Assembly: GCA_051439465.1 (NCBI GenBank) | Contig: JBFRWF010000102.1 | Coordinates: forward strand, 1-44,427 | Direction: 5' to 3' | Length of the DNA stretch: 44,427 bases | Source of the DNA: Xenococcaceae cyanobacterium | GTDB taxonomy: Bacteria > Cyanobacteriota > Cyanobacteriia > Cyanobacteriales > JBFRWF01 | Part shown: positions 34,899 through 44,289 of the stretch, piece after piece | How the letters are laid out: the number at the start of each line of letters is the position of its first letter | Position numbering within the stretch: the first letter of the stretch is position 1 | Translations under genes and position numbers: made by a program | The notes under the pieces: generated by a model | Told to the model about the DNA's origin: nothing | The model's input: only the letters and a program-made list of their open reading frames with translations | Database searches by the model: none

Positions 34899-37800
34899 AT
34901 GAAAAATTTCAGTAGTCCAGAACAAAAGTTAGAACAGCAGCGCTCAACCTCAAGTCATAAGTCACCACAAGAGCGTGTAGATGAATGGATTTCTGGTAGC
35001 GCGGTAAGTCCAGAACTGACCGAAAAATGGCTAGAGCAGCAGTCCGACAAAAAGGAGATCGCCCGCCTGCTAGCCTGGAAATATTACAGTCACACTCCTG
35101 GCTGGTACGTGCGCTCTTGCGATCCACACACGGGAATGCGTGGGGATTTTGGACAATTCAAGCCAGACTCACCGCTTCAATTCCCCGACTCTGACAAGCC
35201 CTGTAAATACTTCACTTTCCCCAAAGGCAGGGGGACAGAGGCAATCTACAGCGTGATGACGCTTAACGAGTGGATCTCAATCAGCGAGCGGGTTGGGGTA
35301 GACATAGAAACCAAGGACATTGATGAATCCCGCGATGATTTAGGTTTCTGGCGTTGGGTAATGAATCACCCTGAGATTCCCATAATCATTACTGAGGGAG
35401 TTAAGAAACAGGGTTGTCTGCTAACTTGGGGGTGGGTGGCGATCGCCCTTACCGGAGTATGGAACGGACAGCAAAAGCGCAAACTGCACCCGTCCCTTAA
35501 ACCTTTCATTGTGCCTGGACGCGTAGTTTATGCTTGCTTTGATGCCGATGTGGTAGTCAAGGTCGAGGTAGAACGCGCCCTCAAGGTTTTTGGGCAGGTC
35601 GTCCGGCGCGAAGGTGCCTCAGTTTTTATTATTAACTGGAATTTAGAACTGGGCAAGGGCTGCGATGACTTGATTGTCAATGAAGGCTATAATTCATTTG
35701 AAGAGGCTCTCCATAATGCCACCCCTTATAGTGAATGGCTCAAGTCTCTCAAAACTGAACAGCCCAAGAAAAAAGGCTCACTGGTAGCTGCTGATGTTAT
35801 TGGTGGCAGCGGCGGTGGTAATAACAACGGTAATGGTGGTGGTGGGAACAATGGCGGTGATGGCTCTGGTGGCGATCGCTCCCGAGAGAACAACGAGAAA
35901 AAGAATCCAGAATGGCGCTATAAAAATGTTGCCGACGCACTAGAACTGCCTTTTTCTGATTGCGTTACTGCTGGAAGCTTCGATGGGTATGTCTACCGAG
36001 AAATATTTGGGGCCGGAACTGAAAATTGGGCAGCGATCGACACTGCCTTTTACCACAACACAGAGCAGGGCTACTGGCAGCATCAGGAAGATAAATTCAT
36101 TCACAAACTGATCTGCGATGCCTCCCAAAAGGCTTACAAGCTCAAATCCTCGAAATTAGAGGGCTGGTGGGCTACCTACCCCTACGAAACAAACAGCTCG
36201 TCCGAGTCTGCCTTTAAGTTTGTTCGCAAGCGCTTGGAGTTAGATAACTTACCGTCCAATGTACATTTGAGGGCATTCAATAATTGTACCGTGGATATGA
36301 GGACGGGTCAAACCATGCTCCACGACCCCGCCCATTTCCTAACTAGCCAGGTTCCTTACGATTACTACCCTAACCGTCCATGTCCTGAGAATTTCTACAA
36401 CTTTATTTGTAGTTCCTTCGGGGAAGATTTACTCTGTGTCATCCGGGCGTTTACCTCAATGTTTCTAGATCCGACGGCTCCCTATGGGCGATTTCCTCAT
36501 CTGTTTGGGCCATCAGGTTCAGGTAAGGGAGTGATGGGGCGATTGTGGAGTTCTATGTATGGAACCGTAGGCTCGGCTTCCCTGGCCAGTTTCGAGGAGC
36601 TGGCATCTGCAGAAGGACGGCATCAGTACCTCACTGGGAAATCTATCTGCGGCATTCCCGATGTCGGCGGTTATGTCAAGGGACTACGCGCTTTCTACGA
36701 GCTTATAGACAATGGTGAGATGTCGGGCCGGGCACTGTTTAACCCTACTGGCTATCAGAAGCTTTGGAATATGCGTTTCTGGGTGGCTTCTGTTGACCAC
36801 CTGCAAATTGAGAACGCCGGGGATGGTTGGGCTCGCCGCGCATACCCCATTCCTACTAAGGGCAAGCCAGATAATGTTGACCCCAACTTGAGGGTGAAGT
36901 TAGAAGCAGAGATAGGAGACATTATTTCATGGGCTTTGGCTATGCCCAGAGAAGAGCGCGATCGCATTCTTTTGGGTGAGCCCACCAACTCTCGAGTCAT
37001 CAATGCCATCACTGATGCCGCTCTCTACGGTGACAGTACTAAGAGCTTTGTCGATCTGTGCCTGCGCCCTTCTGACAATCCTGGCAATGTTCCCAATCAC
37101 ATGCTGCACTCCTGGTATGTCGCCTACTGCGACAAGCACGGCTATACACCGATGGGGATGTCCAAGTTCATCTCCCACCTCAAAACCATCCTGCCGAAAA
37201 ACCATGTCCAGCGCGGTTGGTCGCCAATGACTAATGGCAAGCGCTCACAGGTTTCGGCTCACTGGGAATATATTGTATCTCTTCGGGGGGCTCTTGTAAC
37301 TATAAACAATGGTGCTGACAACGGCTATCAGGGTTCAGCTAATCAAGAGCCCGAGTGGAAGTGCATGAAATCTAAATGTGTGGAAGGAGGGTTATTTGAG
37401 TTTGAGGATTTTTGGAATCCACCAGAACCACCTGGGCCACCTCAACCACCTCAGCCACCTCAGCCACCTGAACCTGATGATGGTGGTCCCGGCGGTGGTG
37501 GTCCTGATAATAACCCTCCGACTGCCGATCCTGCTCCAGATTCGGATTCAAAATCGCCAGAACCACCTAGCAGTAAGGGTGTGCAGGGTGTACATGCTGT
37601 ACAGGGCAGCTCAGAAAATCCCGAATCGCTGAAACAACGCAGTGGTGCGGGTGTGCAGGGTGTGCAGGGTGGATCGCACAGAGATCCGGACTTTGAAAAA
37701 ATATCAGTAGCTGTTGTAGAAAAAAATGAGGTGGCGCAAACAGTAGAAAGGGTAGAAAGCCCCCTGTCCACCCCTGTACAGTTACCAGTTACCAGTTATC

Positions 37801-38948
37801 AGTTGCCAGTTGGCAGTAATCAGTTAGCAGTTGACAGTAATCAGTTAGCAGTTGAAAAGTCAGATAACGAACCTTCTTCAGTTACCAGTTACCAGTTACC
37901 AGTTACCAGTGAGACTCCCGACTCTGACGGAGTTCCGAATTCAGAGAAGGTAGATTCAACTGTGTCCCACGGTGACAAGACTTCAGATAACCAACCTTCT
38001 TCAGTTACCAGTGACCAGTTATCAGTGACCAGTGAGACTCCCGACTCTGACGGAGTTGCTCATTCAGAGTTGGTAGACCCCACTAAAAACCAGGTAACTG
38101 GTAACTGTTCACTGGTAACTGAAGAGGTAACTGGTAACTGTTCACTGGTCACTGAAAAGGTAACTGGTAACTGTTCACTGGTCACTGAAAAAGAGCTGGT
38201 AACTGATTACTCCACTTATCCGCATCTAACCAGCAATGATGTCCGAGCTTGTCGAAACCGGGCTAGTCGGTGCAAAAATCAGATGCTTGCCTGTACTAAC
38301 CGAGATGAGCTGGCAGAATTTCGAGCTAGTGCTGGATTCTCTCAGAGTGAGATTGATTGGGTTTGGGAAAGGCTAACTGACAGTGAAAAGTTTGGCGTAC
38401 ATAAAGCGGTTAAGCAAGAGCAGCTAACTTTACCGGGTTTTGAGAAATCTGAAAATGGTAACTGGGAACAGGTCACTGAAGAGGTAACGGGTAACTGGGA
38501 ACTGGTAACTGAAACTGAGCAAACTGCTCCGGTGTCAGAGTCAACTGAAAATGCCTCAACTGACCCAGAACAGATTGAAAGTACCGACGAGATATTCTCA
38601 TGGAACGAGGTAATTGAAGATATGAACCAGCACCTGAAGCTACTTTGTTGGAGAAAGGCTGACGGTTCTGCTTATCTCCAGCACAAGTACAACTTGAATT
38701 GCTGCCCTAATTTAAGCGAGTCAGAAATGTCTGAGTTCTATAAATTCCAGACTGAACGCTTGGCGGGATATAAGGTAGGCGACCGCGCGATTGTTGAGAA
38801 TTATGACCCAAAACTAAATGGTCGGGTAGCAGAGGTGGTATCAGTCGAACCTGGCAACATCATTAAAGTTCAGTTTGATCACAACCGCCGAAAGATGCAC
38901 ATAGAAATTGCACTTTACGTAACACTCTTCTACGGAAAAACTCAATGA
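34899..38948 (+). CDS. Plasmid-type replication protein: N-terminal TOPRIM-like (DUF3854) domain plus P4-family primase C-terminal NTPase domain (cyanobacterial CyRepA-like), with a ~400-aa STRR-derived low-complexity insert
   Basis: TOPRIM-like acidic motifs IIITEGVKKQGCLLTWGWVAIALTGVWNG and VVYACFDADVV. Walker A FGPSGSGKGVMGRLW in a P4-primase-like C-terminal domain. Low-complexity blocks follow (GGSGGGNNNGNGGGGNNGGDGSGG; PPEPPGPPQPPQPPQPPEP; VTSYQLPVTSYQLPV; VTGNCSLVTEEVTGNCSLVTEK) before a conserved C-terminal ~120 aa. RBS GGAGAGGAGAG. Confidence 0.75.
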   Translation: MKNFSSPEQKLEQQRSTSSHKSPQERVDEWISGSAVSPELTEKWLEQQSDKKEIARLLAWKYYSHTPGWYVRSCDPHTGMRGDFGQFKPDSPLQFPDSDKPCKYFTFPKGRGTEAIYSVMTLNEWISISERVGVDIETKDIDESRDDLGFWRWVMNHPEIPIIITEGVKKQGCLLTWGWVAIALTGVWNGQQKRKLHPSLKPFIVPGRVVYACFDADVVVKVEVERALKVFGQVVRREGASVFIINWNLELGKGCDDLIVNEGYNSFEEALHNATPYSEWLKSLKTEQPKKKGSLVAADVIGGSGGGNNNGNGGGGNNGGDGSGGDRSRENNEKKNPEWRYKNVADALELPFSDCVTAGSFDGYVYREIFGAGTENWAAIDTAFYHNTEQGYWQHQEDKFIHKLICDASQKAYKLKSSKLEGWWATYPYETNSSSESAFKFVRKRLELDNLPSNVHLRAFNNCTVDMRTGQTMLHDPAHFLTSQVPYDYYPNRPCPENFYNFICSSFGEDLLCVIRAFTSMFLDPTAPYGRFPHLFGPSGSGKGVMGRLWSSMYGTVGSASLASFEELASAEGRHQYLTGKSICGIPDVGGYVKGLRAFYELIDNGEMSGRALFNPTGYQKLWNMRFWVASVDHLQIENAGDGWARRAYPIPTKGKPDNVDPNLRVKLEAEIGDIISWALAMPREERDRILLGEPTNSRVINAITDAALYGDSTKSFVDLCLRPSDNPGNVPNHMLHSWYVAYCDKHGYTPMGMSKFISHLKTILPKNHVQRGWSPMTNGKRSQVSAHWEYIVSLRGALVTINNGADNGYQGSANQEPEWKCMKSKCVEGGLFEFEDFWNPPEPPGPPQPPQPPQPPEPDDGGPGGGGPDNNPPTADPAPDSDSKSPEPPSSKGVQGVHAVQGSSENPESLKQRSGAGVQGVQGGSHRDPDFEKISVAVVEKNEVAQTVERVESPLSTPVQLPVTSYQLPVGSNQLAVDSNQLAVEKSDNEPSSVTSYQLPVTSETPDSDGVPNSEKVDSTVSHGDKTSDNQPSSVTSDQLSVTSETPDSDGVAHSELVDPTKNQVTGNCSLVTEEVTGNCSLVTEKVTGNCSLVTEKELVTDYSTYPHLTSNDVRACRNRASRCKNQMLACTNRDELAEFRASAGFSQSEIDWVWERLTDSEKFGVHKAVKQEQLTLPGFEKSENGNWEQVTEEVTGNWELVTETEQTAPVSESTENASTDPEQIESTDEIFSWNEVIEDMNQHLKLLCWRKADGSAYLQHKYNLNCCPNLSESEMSEFYKFQTERLAGYKVGDRAIVENYDPKLNGRVAEVVSVEPGNIIKVQFDHNRRKMHIEIALYVTLFYGKTQ

Positions 38949-38964
38949 AACCCGATCAATCATT

Positions 38965-40299
38965 ATGCTTAGACAACTCGATTTGTGCTCAGGAGTCGGA
39001 GCAGGATTCCCCCTTGCAGGGTTCAAACTCGGAGGTTTTGAACTGCTCGGTCTCTGCGAAATTGACCCCTACTGCCAAGACATCCTCGGTAAACGATTCC
39101 CCGAAGTTACAATCTTCAAAGATGTCCAAGAACTTAAAGAAGGCGGAGTCTACAAATCAGGAGAAATCGATATTATCACAGCCAGCCCACCTTGCCAGCC
39201 CTTCTCAGTCCAAGGGAAACGGCTCGGAGCTGACGACGAAAGAGACTGCATACCCGCAGTCATGGAAGCGATCGCAAGCATTAAGCCTAGATTCTTTGCA
39301 ATTGAGCAAGTGCCAGGGCTGCTTACGTGCCCTTTCAAACCCGGATACGGTTCAGGCTCCTACTTCAAAATCCTACTCGGAGCCATTTTCGAGTGCGGGT
39401 ATGGGGTGGAATGGCAAAATATTGGATCAGGAAACTTTTCCTCTCCCTTCCCTAGAAGAAGGTTACTGCTGGTTGGCGTCTCCAACAGCGTTAAGCTCGA
39501 CTGGGAACTCCCGACCCCCTGGGCTGAGCAAGTTAGAAAGTCAGTTGAAGGAAATGGTAGTCCTAAAATCAGGGGAGTGCTTGAATCCGAGGTGGCTAGA
39601 AGTTTGGTTGGGTATGCCGCTGAACTGGCTCAACCCATTGGAATTACGTCCGGCAATGGAGTTGTTAGAAGACAACGTGAAGCAGCAGGAAATTCTCTCG
39701 ACCCAAGAGTTGCTGCGATCGCACTCCAAAGAATCATCTATCTTAATTCGGAAGTGACCAAATACACATCTCAATCCAAAGACAAGCTCCGCCACGACAC
39801 CGACGAATCTCATTCACCTGAACCTGAAAATAATGGTCGGTCACCTTCGGTGCGCCTTCGGCGAGCGCAAGATGATGATTGGCTTGATAATTCTCCAACT
39901 TCTGCTGAATCTAATTCTAGCCCACTGACTGGATCACCTCAACATCAGGAAAGTAAGGAGCGGTCACCTTCGGTGCGCCTACGGCGAGCGCCTGAACTGC
40001 TCCAAGTTAATCCGCACTCACTCAAGCCGCACCCGCGCAATCGGTCGATCTATGGTAAAGACGAAGATATCTCAGACCTGGTAGAGCAGATCCGGCGCAC
40101 TGCATGGATCAAGCCACTTGTGGTGAATAAACAGCACCAGATTATTAGTGGTCATAGGCGCTGGAAAGCAGCACTTGCGCTGGGACTGGAAACTGTTCCT
40201 GTGGAGGTAAGGGAGTTTGAGTCTGAGCTAGATGAACTTGAAGCCTTACTGCTAGAGAACCAATACCGGGAATCGTTCAGCGTTACCAAATGCCTATAA
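38965..40299 (+). CDS. Fusion protein: compact DNA (cytosine-5)-methyltransferase domain (N-terminal ~270 aa) plus a ParB/Srx-like nuclease/NTPase N-terminal domain (C-terminal ~100 aa), joined by a linker with a duplicated ERSPSVRLRRA motif
   Basis: C5-MTase motifs I (DLCSGVGAGF), IV (ASPPCQPFS), VI (IEQVPG), IX-like (RGVLESEVARSLVGY), X (AAGNSLDPRVAAIALQRI). ParB signature in NPHSLKPHPRNRSIYG...LVEQIRRTAWIKPLVVNKQHQIISGHRRWKAALALGLETVPVEV (GxRR box). Confidence 0.75.
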   Translation: MLRQLDLCSGVGAGFPLAGFKLGGFELLGLCEIDPYCQDILGKRFPEVTIFKDVQELKEGGVYKSGEIDIITASPPCQPFSVQGKRLGADDERDCIPAVMEAIASIKPRFFAIEQVPGLLTCPFKPGYGSGSYFKILLGAIFECGYGVEWQNIGSGNFSSPFPRRRLLLVGVSNSVKLDWELPTPWAEQVRKSVEGNGSPKIRGVLESEVARSLVGYAAELAQPIGITSGNGVVRRQREAAGNSLDPRVAAIALQRIIYLNSEVTKYTSQSKDKLRHDTDESHSPEPENNGRSPSVRLRRAQDDDWLDNSPTSAESNSSPLTGSPQHQESKERSPSVRLRRAPELLQVNPHSLKPHPRNRSIYGKDEDISDLVEQIRRTAWIKPLVVNKQHQIISGHRRWKAALALGLETVPVEVREFESELDELEALLLENQYRESFSVTKCL

Positions 40300-40329
40300 A
40301 CTAATCTCAAAATTGCGTAATGGAGGTCA

Positions 40330-40845
40330 ATGATGACTAGAGGTAGACCAGCAAAAGTCAAAAAAGAAGATGTAATAGCAGCTTGCGACCAACTTGTTCA
40401 AGAGGGACAGAATGTTACTGTAAAAAATGTCCTGGGGATGGTTGGAGGCTCAGCGAGAGAAGTTTCCCCGATAGTTAGAAAATATAAGGCATCGGCTGGA
40501 ATACCAGAAGCTCTCGAAGATATCGAGAATGATGATAATAATGGTGCTCTATCTGTAACAGAACCAGAAGAGATTGCCGACGTTCAGAAAGAAACAAGTC
40601 ACTCAACATCAATTAATCCACGACAAACCATGTCGGCTCAGGCAAAGGAGCAAGCGCAGTTAGAAGCAGCCCAGCATACTTTGGCCAAGAATTACTTCAT
40701 CGCCACTCAAGATTACGAAACACCTGGGTTAAAAGAGCAGGTTAATCAGGGACTAGAAGAGATATATAAACGTGCTAATGCTGAAATGATGGATAACCTG
40801 TTCCCAAAGGATCTACAGGAAAAACTAAGGACTCCCAAGACGTAA
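40330..40845 (+). CDS. KfrA-N-like DNA-binding protein (plasmid-associated)
   Basis: N-terminus MMTRGRPAKVKKEDVIAACDQLVQEGQNVTVKNVLGMVGGSAREVSPIVRKYK resembles the KfrA N-terminal HTH domain (GRP..VT...V..AAD.L...G..PTV..VR..LGGGS...I.P.L). An acidic/helical tail follows. Confidence 0.5.
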   Translation: MMTRGRPAKVKKEDVIAACDQLVQEGQNVTVKNVLGMVGGSAREVSPIVRKYKASAGIPEALEDIENDDNNGALSVTEPEEIADVQKETSHSTSINPRQTMSAQAKEQAQLEAAQHTLAKNYFIATQDYETPGLKEQVNQGLEEIYKRANAEMMDNLFPKDLQEKLRTPKT

Positions 40846-41419
40846 CTACTCCTACCAAGACGGCAGAGAAACAAAAGCGAAGGTTGATAAGATCTTGGCT
40901 AGGCTGCGTACTGGGAACAGCTACAGTACTCGCGTTAACGGGAATGAAAAATATCCAGCAGCTAGCTCTCGTATCCCTAGGAGCCGGAAGTATAAACTTT
41001 ATAGTCTGCATAACAGGAAAAGATCAATGAAGGTAGAGGAGGATTATCAAGCAAGACCACTTTCCAATAGCCCGAAGAAACTTGGTGCGGTTCATCGGCA
41101 TTAGACAAAGGCGGCATAGGTCGCTCAAACAACGGGCCCGTAGCTACAAAAACCTCACCGTAGCCGAGCGATCGCACTAATTGGCCTTCTTATAACAGGC
41201 GTGTATCCCCAAGGCATCTGGCTGCGGAATCCACCGGGCAGTGTGCATACCCCCTTCAGTGAGTCGGGCTGTCTGATCTATGTCAAAACAGGGCATTTGT
41301 CTACAGCTAATGACTAGGGGGACGATGACATCGGTCTATCTCTACTGACTGACTCAGCTTGGGCGCAAACGGAGCCTACCAAGACCAAATCAAACTCAAT
41401 TGAGATCAGGAGACTCACG

Positions 41420-42064
41420 ATGATTGACTTCTACACCTACACAACCCCTAATGGTCGCAAACCTGCGATTCTGCTCGAAGAACTGGCGTTGCCTTACACG
41501 ATCCATAAAATTGACATCGGCAAAGGTGACCAATTTACCCCCGAATTTATCGCCATTAACCCCAATAGCAAGATTCCCGCCATTATTGACCGCGAAACCG
41601 ATATCACTGTGTTTGAATCAGGTGCAATTCTGATTTATCTGGCGGAAAAAACGGGCAAGCTCCTGCCCCTTGGGGGAGCTGAGCGGGCGCGGGTGATTGA
41701 ATGGCTGATGTTCCAAATGGCTAGCATTGGACCCATGTTTGGTCAGTTGGGGCACTTTCGTAATGCTGCTCCTGAGCAACTCCCTTATGCCATTAACCGC
41801 TACGACAAAGAAACTCGGCGTCTTCTGGGTGTTCTCGATCGCCAGTTGGCAACCACCCCCTTCATCGCTGGGGACTATTCCATTGCTGACATTGCCACCT
41901 ATCCCTGGGTGACAGCTGTCGCTACTCCGTACCTTAATCTATCTCTGGAGGACTTTCCCCAAGTCCAGGGCTGGGTCGATAGCCTACAGGCTCGTCCCGC
42001 TGTGCAAACTGGCATGGCATTGCTAACACCTGAGTTCAACAGCAATTACGGAACCGTTGCTTAA
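41420..42064 (+). CDS. Glutathione S-transferase (Nu/YfcG-YghU-like class)
   Basis: MIDFYTYTTPNGRKPAILLEELALPY...INPNSKIPAI...ESGAILIYLAEKTGKLLP. This is a GST N-terminal thioredoxin-like domain followed by a C-terminal helical domain. Confidence 0.88.
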   Translation: MIDFYTYTTPNGRKPAILLEELALPYTIHKIDIGKGDQFTPEFIAINPNSKIPAIIDRETDITVFESGAILIYLAEKTGKLLPLGGAERARVIEWLMFQMASIGPMFGQLGHFRNAAPEQLPYAINRYDKETRRLLGVLDRQLATTPFIAGDYSIADIATYPWVTAVATPYLNLSLEDFPQVQGWVDSLQARPAVQTGMALLTPEFNSNYGTVA

Positions 42065-42354
42065 CCCCACATTTACAGGAGGTAATGTGTTTGAGTATGC
42101 TGGCCACAATCTCCATGTCTGTTTGATGACATCTTGGTTTGATCATTTGAACTTTGAGCGTAAATAGTGCGGCAGATAAAATCGTTAGTTGGTAAAGTAC
42201 CTTTGGGTGTTCCGTAAGGCAAATGGTCACAGTCAGATTGCGATCGCCCAACCAAATCTTGTTTGAAACCACCAAACTGCTCGCGCAAAAAACAAGATAT
42301 CAATATCAAGCTAATTGGCAGAAACCAAAACAGCCGCCAAACCCTCATTCCGTA

Positions 42355-43227
42355 TTACTTCCTCCCTCCGAGGCCACCATAGGAAGGTTTCATCAAAACC
42401 CTGCTAGAAACATAGATAACCATCGCACTAGCACCAAAAAACTGCATCGGATCTCGACCAGCATAGCGATACAGACTTAAAAGCAATATAGGAAGCAGCA
42501 CAAACGGAGTCAAATCAAAAAACCTCTTATGCTCAGGAGGCTTTTTACTCCTAATCCCCAAAAACTTCCCAGCCACCACCTTATTAGCGATCGCCGGACA
42601 ACCCCCAGACTCCTGCTGAAACTGAGCAATTTCAGCCTGACTTAAACTACCACCCCTCTTGCTAGTAGAGGTTTCCATAATATCTTTTATGTCCTCAGCG
42701 GAAAGTGGATCCAATTCCAATGCTGGGAACTTATTCAGAATATCCTTTTCCGGCTGAGTCCGCCCAAACAAAACAATCGGAAAGAAGCGATCGGCAAACA
42801 GAGCTTTCTCATGCTCCTTATTCAACCAGCGTCTCAGGTGAACATTGACGCTAGGGGCATCATCAACAATAAAAAATACTGTTTCCTTTTCCAAGAAATC
42901 GCTTATCTGCTCTTGGAGCATCCTTGACGACATACTTTTTCCATCAAGAGTCTCAGTATCAAGTCCAAGAGTAACAGCCAGCGACTCCATCACATCCCTC
43001 AGAGTTCCTGGTTCAAGCAGCACAGCCAAGAAACCTTGAGATCTTATCTCCTGAATAACAAACTGAGCCAGGGTAGACTTACCATAACCAGCATCACCAA
43101 CAACATAAACACCCTCACCAGCCAGCAAAGAAGCCACTATCCTATCCCGCTCGTTGACACGATAGCATTTCCCAGTAACCTTAGTTAATACTTGCTGAAA
43201 CTCTGCTTCTAAACTAGGCGATCGCAT
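42355..43227 (-). CDS. P-loop NTPase (AAA-like ATPase domain) with C-terminal hydrophobic/TM segments
   Basis: Walker A VVGDAGYGKSTLAQ, Walker B VFFIVDDA, C-terminal TM helix FDLTPFVLLPILLLSLY. Divergent from the YdjM-like gene (36-bp gap). Atypical codon third-position composition (T/G-rich on the coding strand). Confidence 0.6.
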   Translation of the reverse strand: MRSPSLEAEFQQVLTKVTGKCYRVNERDRIVASLLAGEGVYVVGDAGYGKSTLAQFVIQEIRSQGFLAVLLEPGTLRDVMESLAVTLGLDTETLDGKSMSSRMLQEQISDFLEKETVFFIVDDAPSVNVHLRRWLNKEHEKALFADRFFPIVLFGRTQPEKDILNKFPALELDPLSAEDIKDIMETSTSKRGGSLSQAEIAQFQQESGGCPAIANKVVAGKFLGIRSKKPPEHKRFFDLTPFVLLPILLLSLYRYAGRDPMQFFGASAMVIYVSSRVLMKPSYGGLGGRK

Positions 43228-43263
43228 CCCCTTTCATCAGAAACCATAAAAACAATTTTAACA

Positions 43264-44289
43264 ATGATGGGACCAACACATGCAACTTTAGGAATACTAG
43301 CCACAAGCCTAATCCTCAAAACAGTAGACCCAGTAATCCTAGGAATCGGAGCAATCAGCGCACTACTACCAGATATCGACAGCAGCAAAAGCACCATAGG
43401 AAGGCTGCTACCTGGGATATCAAAAAGAATAGAAAGAAGAGTCCCCCACAGAACAGCAACACACTCATTCTGTGCCATCGCCCTAATAGCACTTCTATCC
43501 GGAGCACTAAGCATACTCTGGAAACAAGGAGCAGCAGCACTACTCATCGGCTTCACCATCGGAGGAATATGCGGAGACTTAATGACAGCCAGCGGAGTAG
43601 AACTAGCATGGCCATGGTACCAAACAGCCTTCGTATTTCCAGGGAATCCCCAACTGCGATTCATCACAGGAAGAAAAGCAGAAATAGCAATAATCACAAT
43701 AATATGGATGATAACAATATGGAGCCTAAACATAGCCAGTAACGGAGGCGCAATCAGAGTACTGAAACAAGCAATGGGAACCCCCTCCGTAGCAGTAGAA
43801 TTCTTCAACGAACAATCCGGGTCTGCAATTGTATACACACAAGTAAAAGGATGGAGAGAATCAGATAGAACCCCAATCAATCAGAGATTCAGAATCATAG
43901 AAGCCAACAAAAGCTCATTCCTGCTGCAAGACGAACAAGGAAGACTGCACAGAGCAGCAGAATCAGGAGAAGTAGAAATAATCATCCAAAGAATGAGAAC
44001 AAAAACAGGAGCCACAATCCGACAAAAAGTTACAACAATCCAACTAGACGACCAGCCAGTACTCAAGACAATAAAAAAATACAAAGCCGATGAAATATAC
44101 ATCAGTGGAACCCTGGAAATAGATGACCTTGAAGACTTAAAATTACCAGAACCAGCAGACCAATATTGGGCAGTAAGAAAAACAGAAACAAAACTAGAAC
44201 TAGATAACGCACGACCTGAACAACTAAAATCCCTACAAGACAGATATGGAACCGGAACCCTAGAAATAAAACTAATAAATGGTCAATAG
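43264..44289 (+). CDS. Membrane-bound metal-dependent hydrolase-like protein (YdjM/DUF457 family, LexA-regulated type) with a long C-terminal soluble extension
   Basis: N-terminus MMGPTHATLGILATSLIL...ISALLPDIDSSKSTIGRLL plus further TM helices and His-containing loops match the YdjM family. Extreme NNA/NNC codon usage (A-rich, T-poor coding strand), unlike neighbouring genes. Confidence 0.6.
   Translation: MMGPTHATLGILATSLILKTVDPVILGIGAISALLPDIDSSKSTIGRLLPGISKRIERRVPHRTATHSFCAIALIALLSGALSILWKQGAAALLIGFTIGGICGDLMTASGVELAWPWYQTAFVFPGNPQLRFITGRKAEIAIITIIWMITIWSLNIASNGGAIRVLKQAMGTPSVAVEFFNEQSGSAIVYTQVKGWRESDRTPINQRFRIIEANKSSFLLQDEQGRLHRAAESGEVEIIIQRMRTKTGATIRQKVTTIQLDDQPVLKTIKKYKADEIYISGTLEIDDLEDLKLPEPADQYWAVRKTETKLELDNARPEQLKSLQDRYGTGTLEIKLINGQ

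Noticed and set aside
38945-39757. Alternative-frame 270-aa ORF overlapping the MTase-ParB gene. Its translation contains EVWLGMPLNW, which superficially resembles the C5-MTase motif IX region and could imply a frameshifted methylase
   Set aside because: The 38965 frame carries motifs I, IV, VI, an IX-like segment (RGVLESEVARSLVGY) and X (GNSL) in the correct order without interruption. The alternative frame is otherwise low-complexity with no motifs, so the resemblance is coincidental.
40895-41104. 69-aa ORF after the KfrA-like gene, and the possibility that the KfrA-like gene continues by frameshift into it
   Set aside because: The basic low-complexity translation has no domain or RBS. A frameshifted KfrA extension cannot be ruled out, but there is no positive evidence from the sequence alone.
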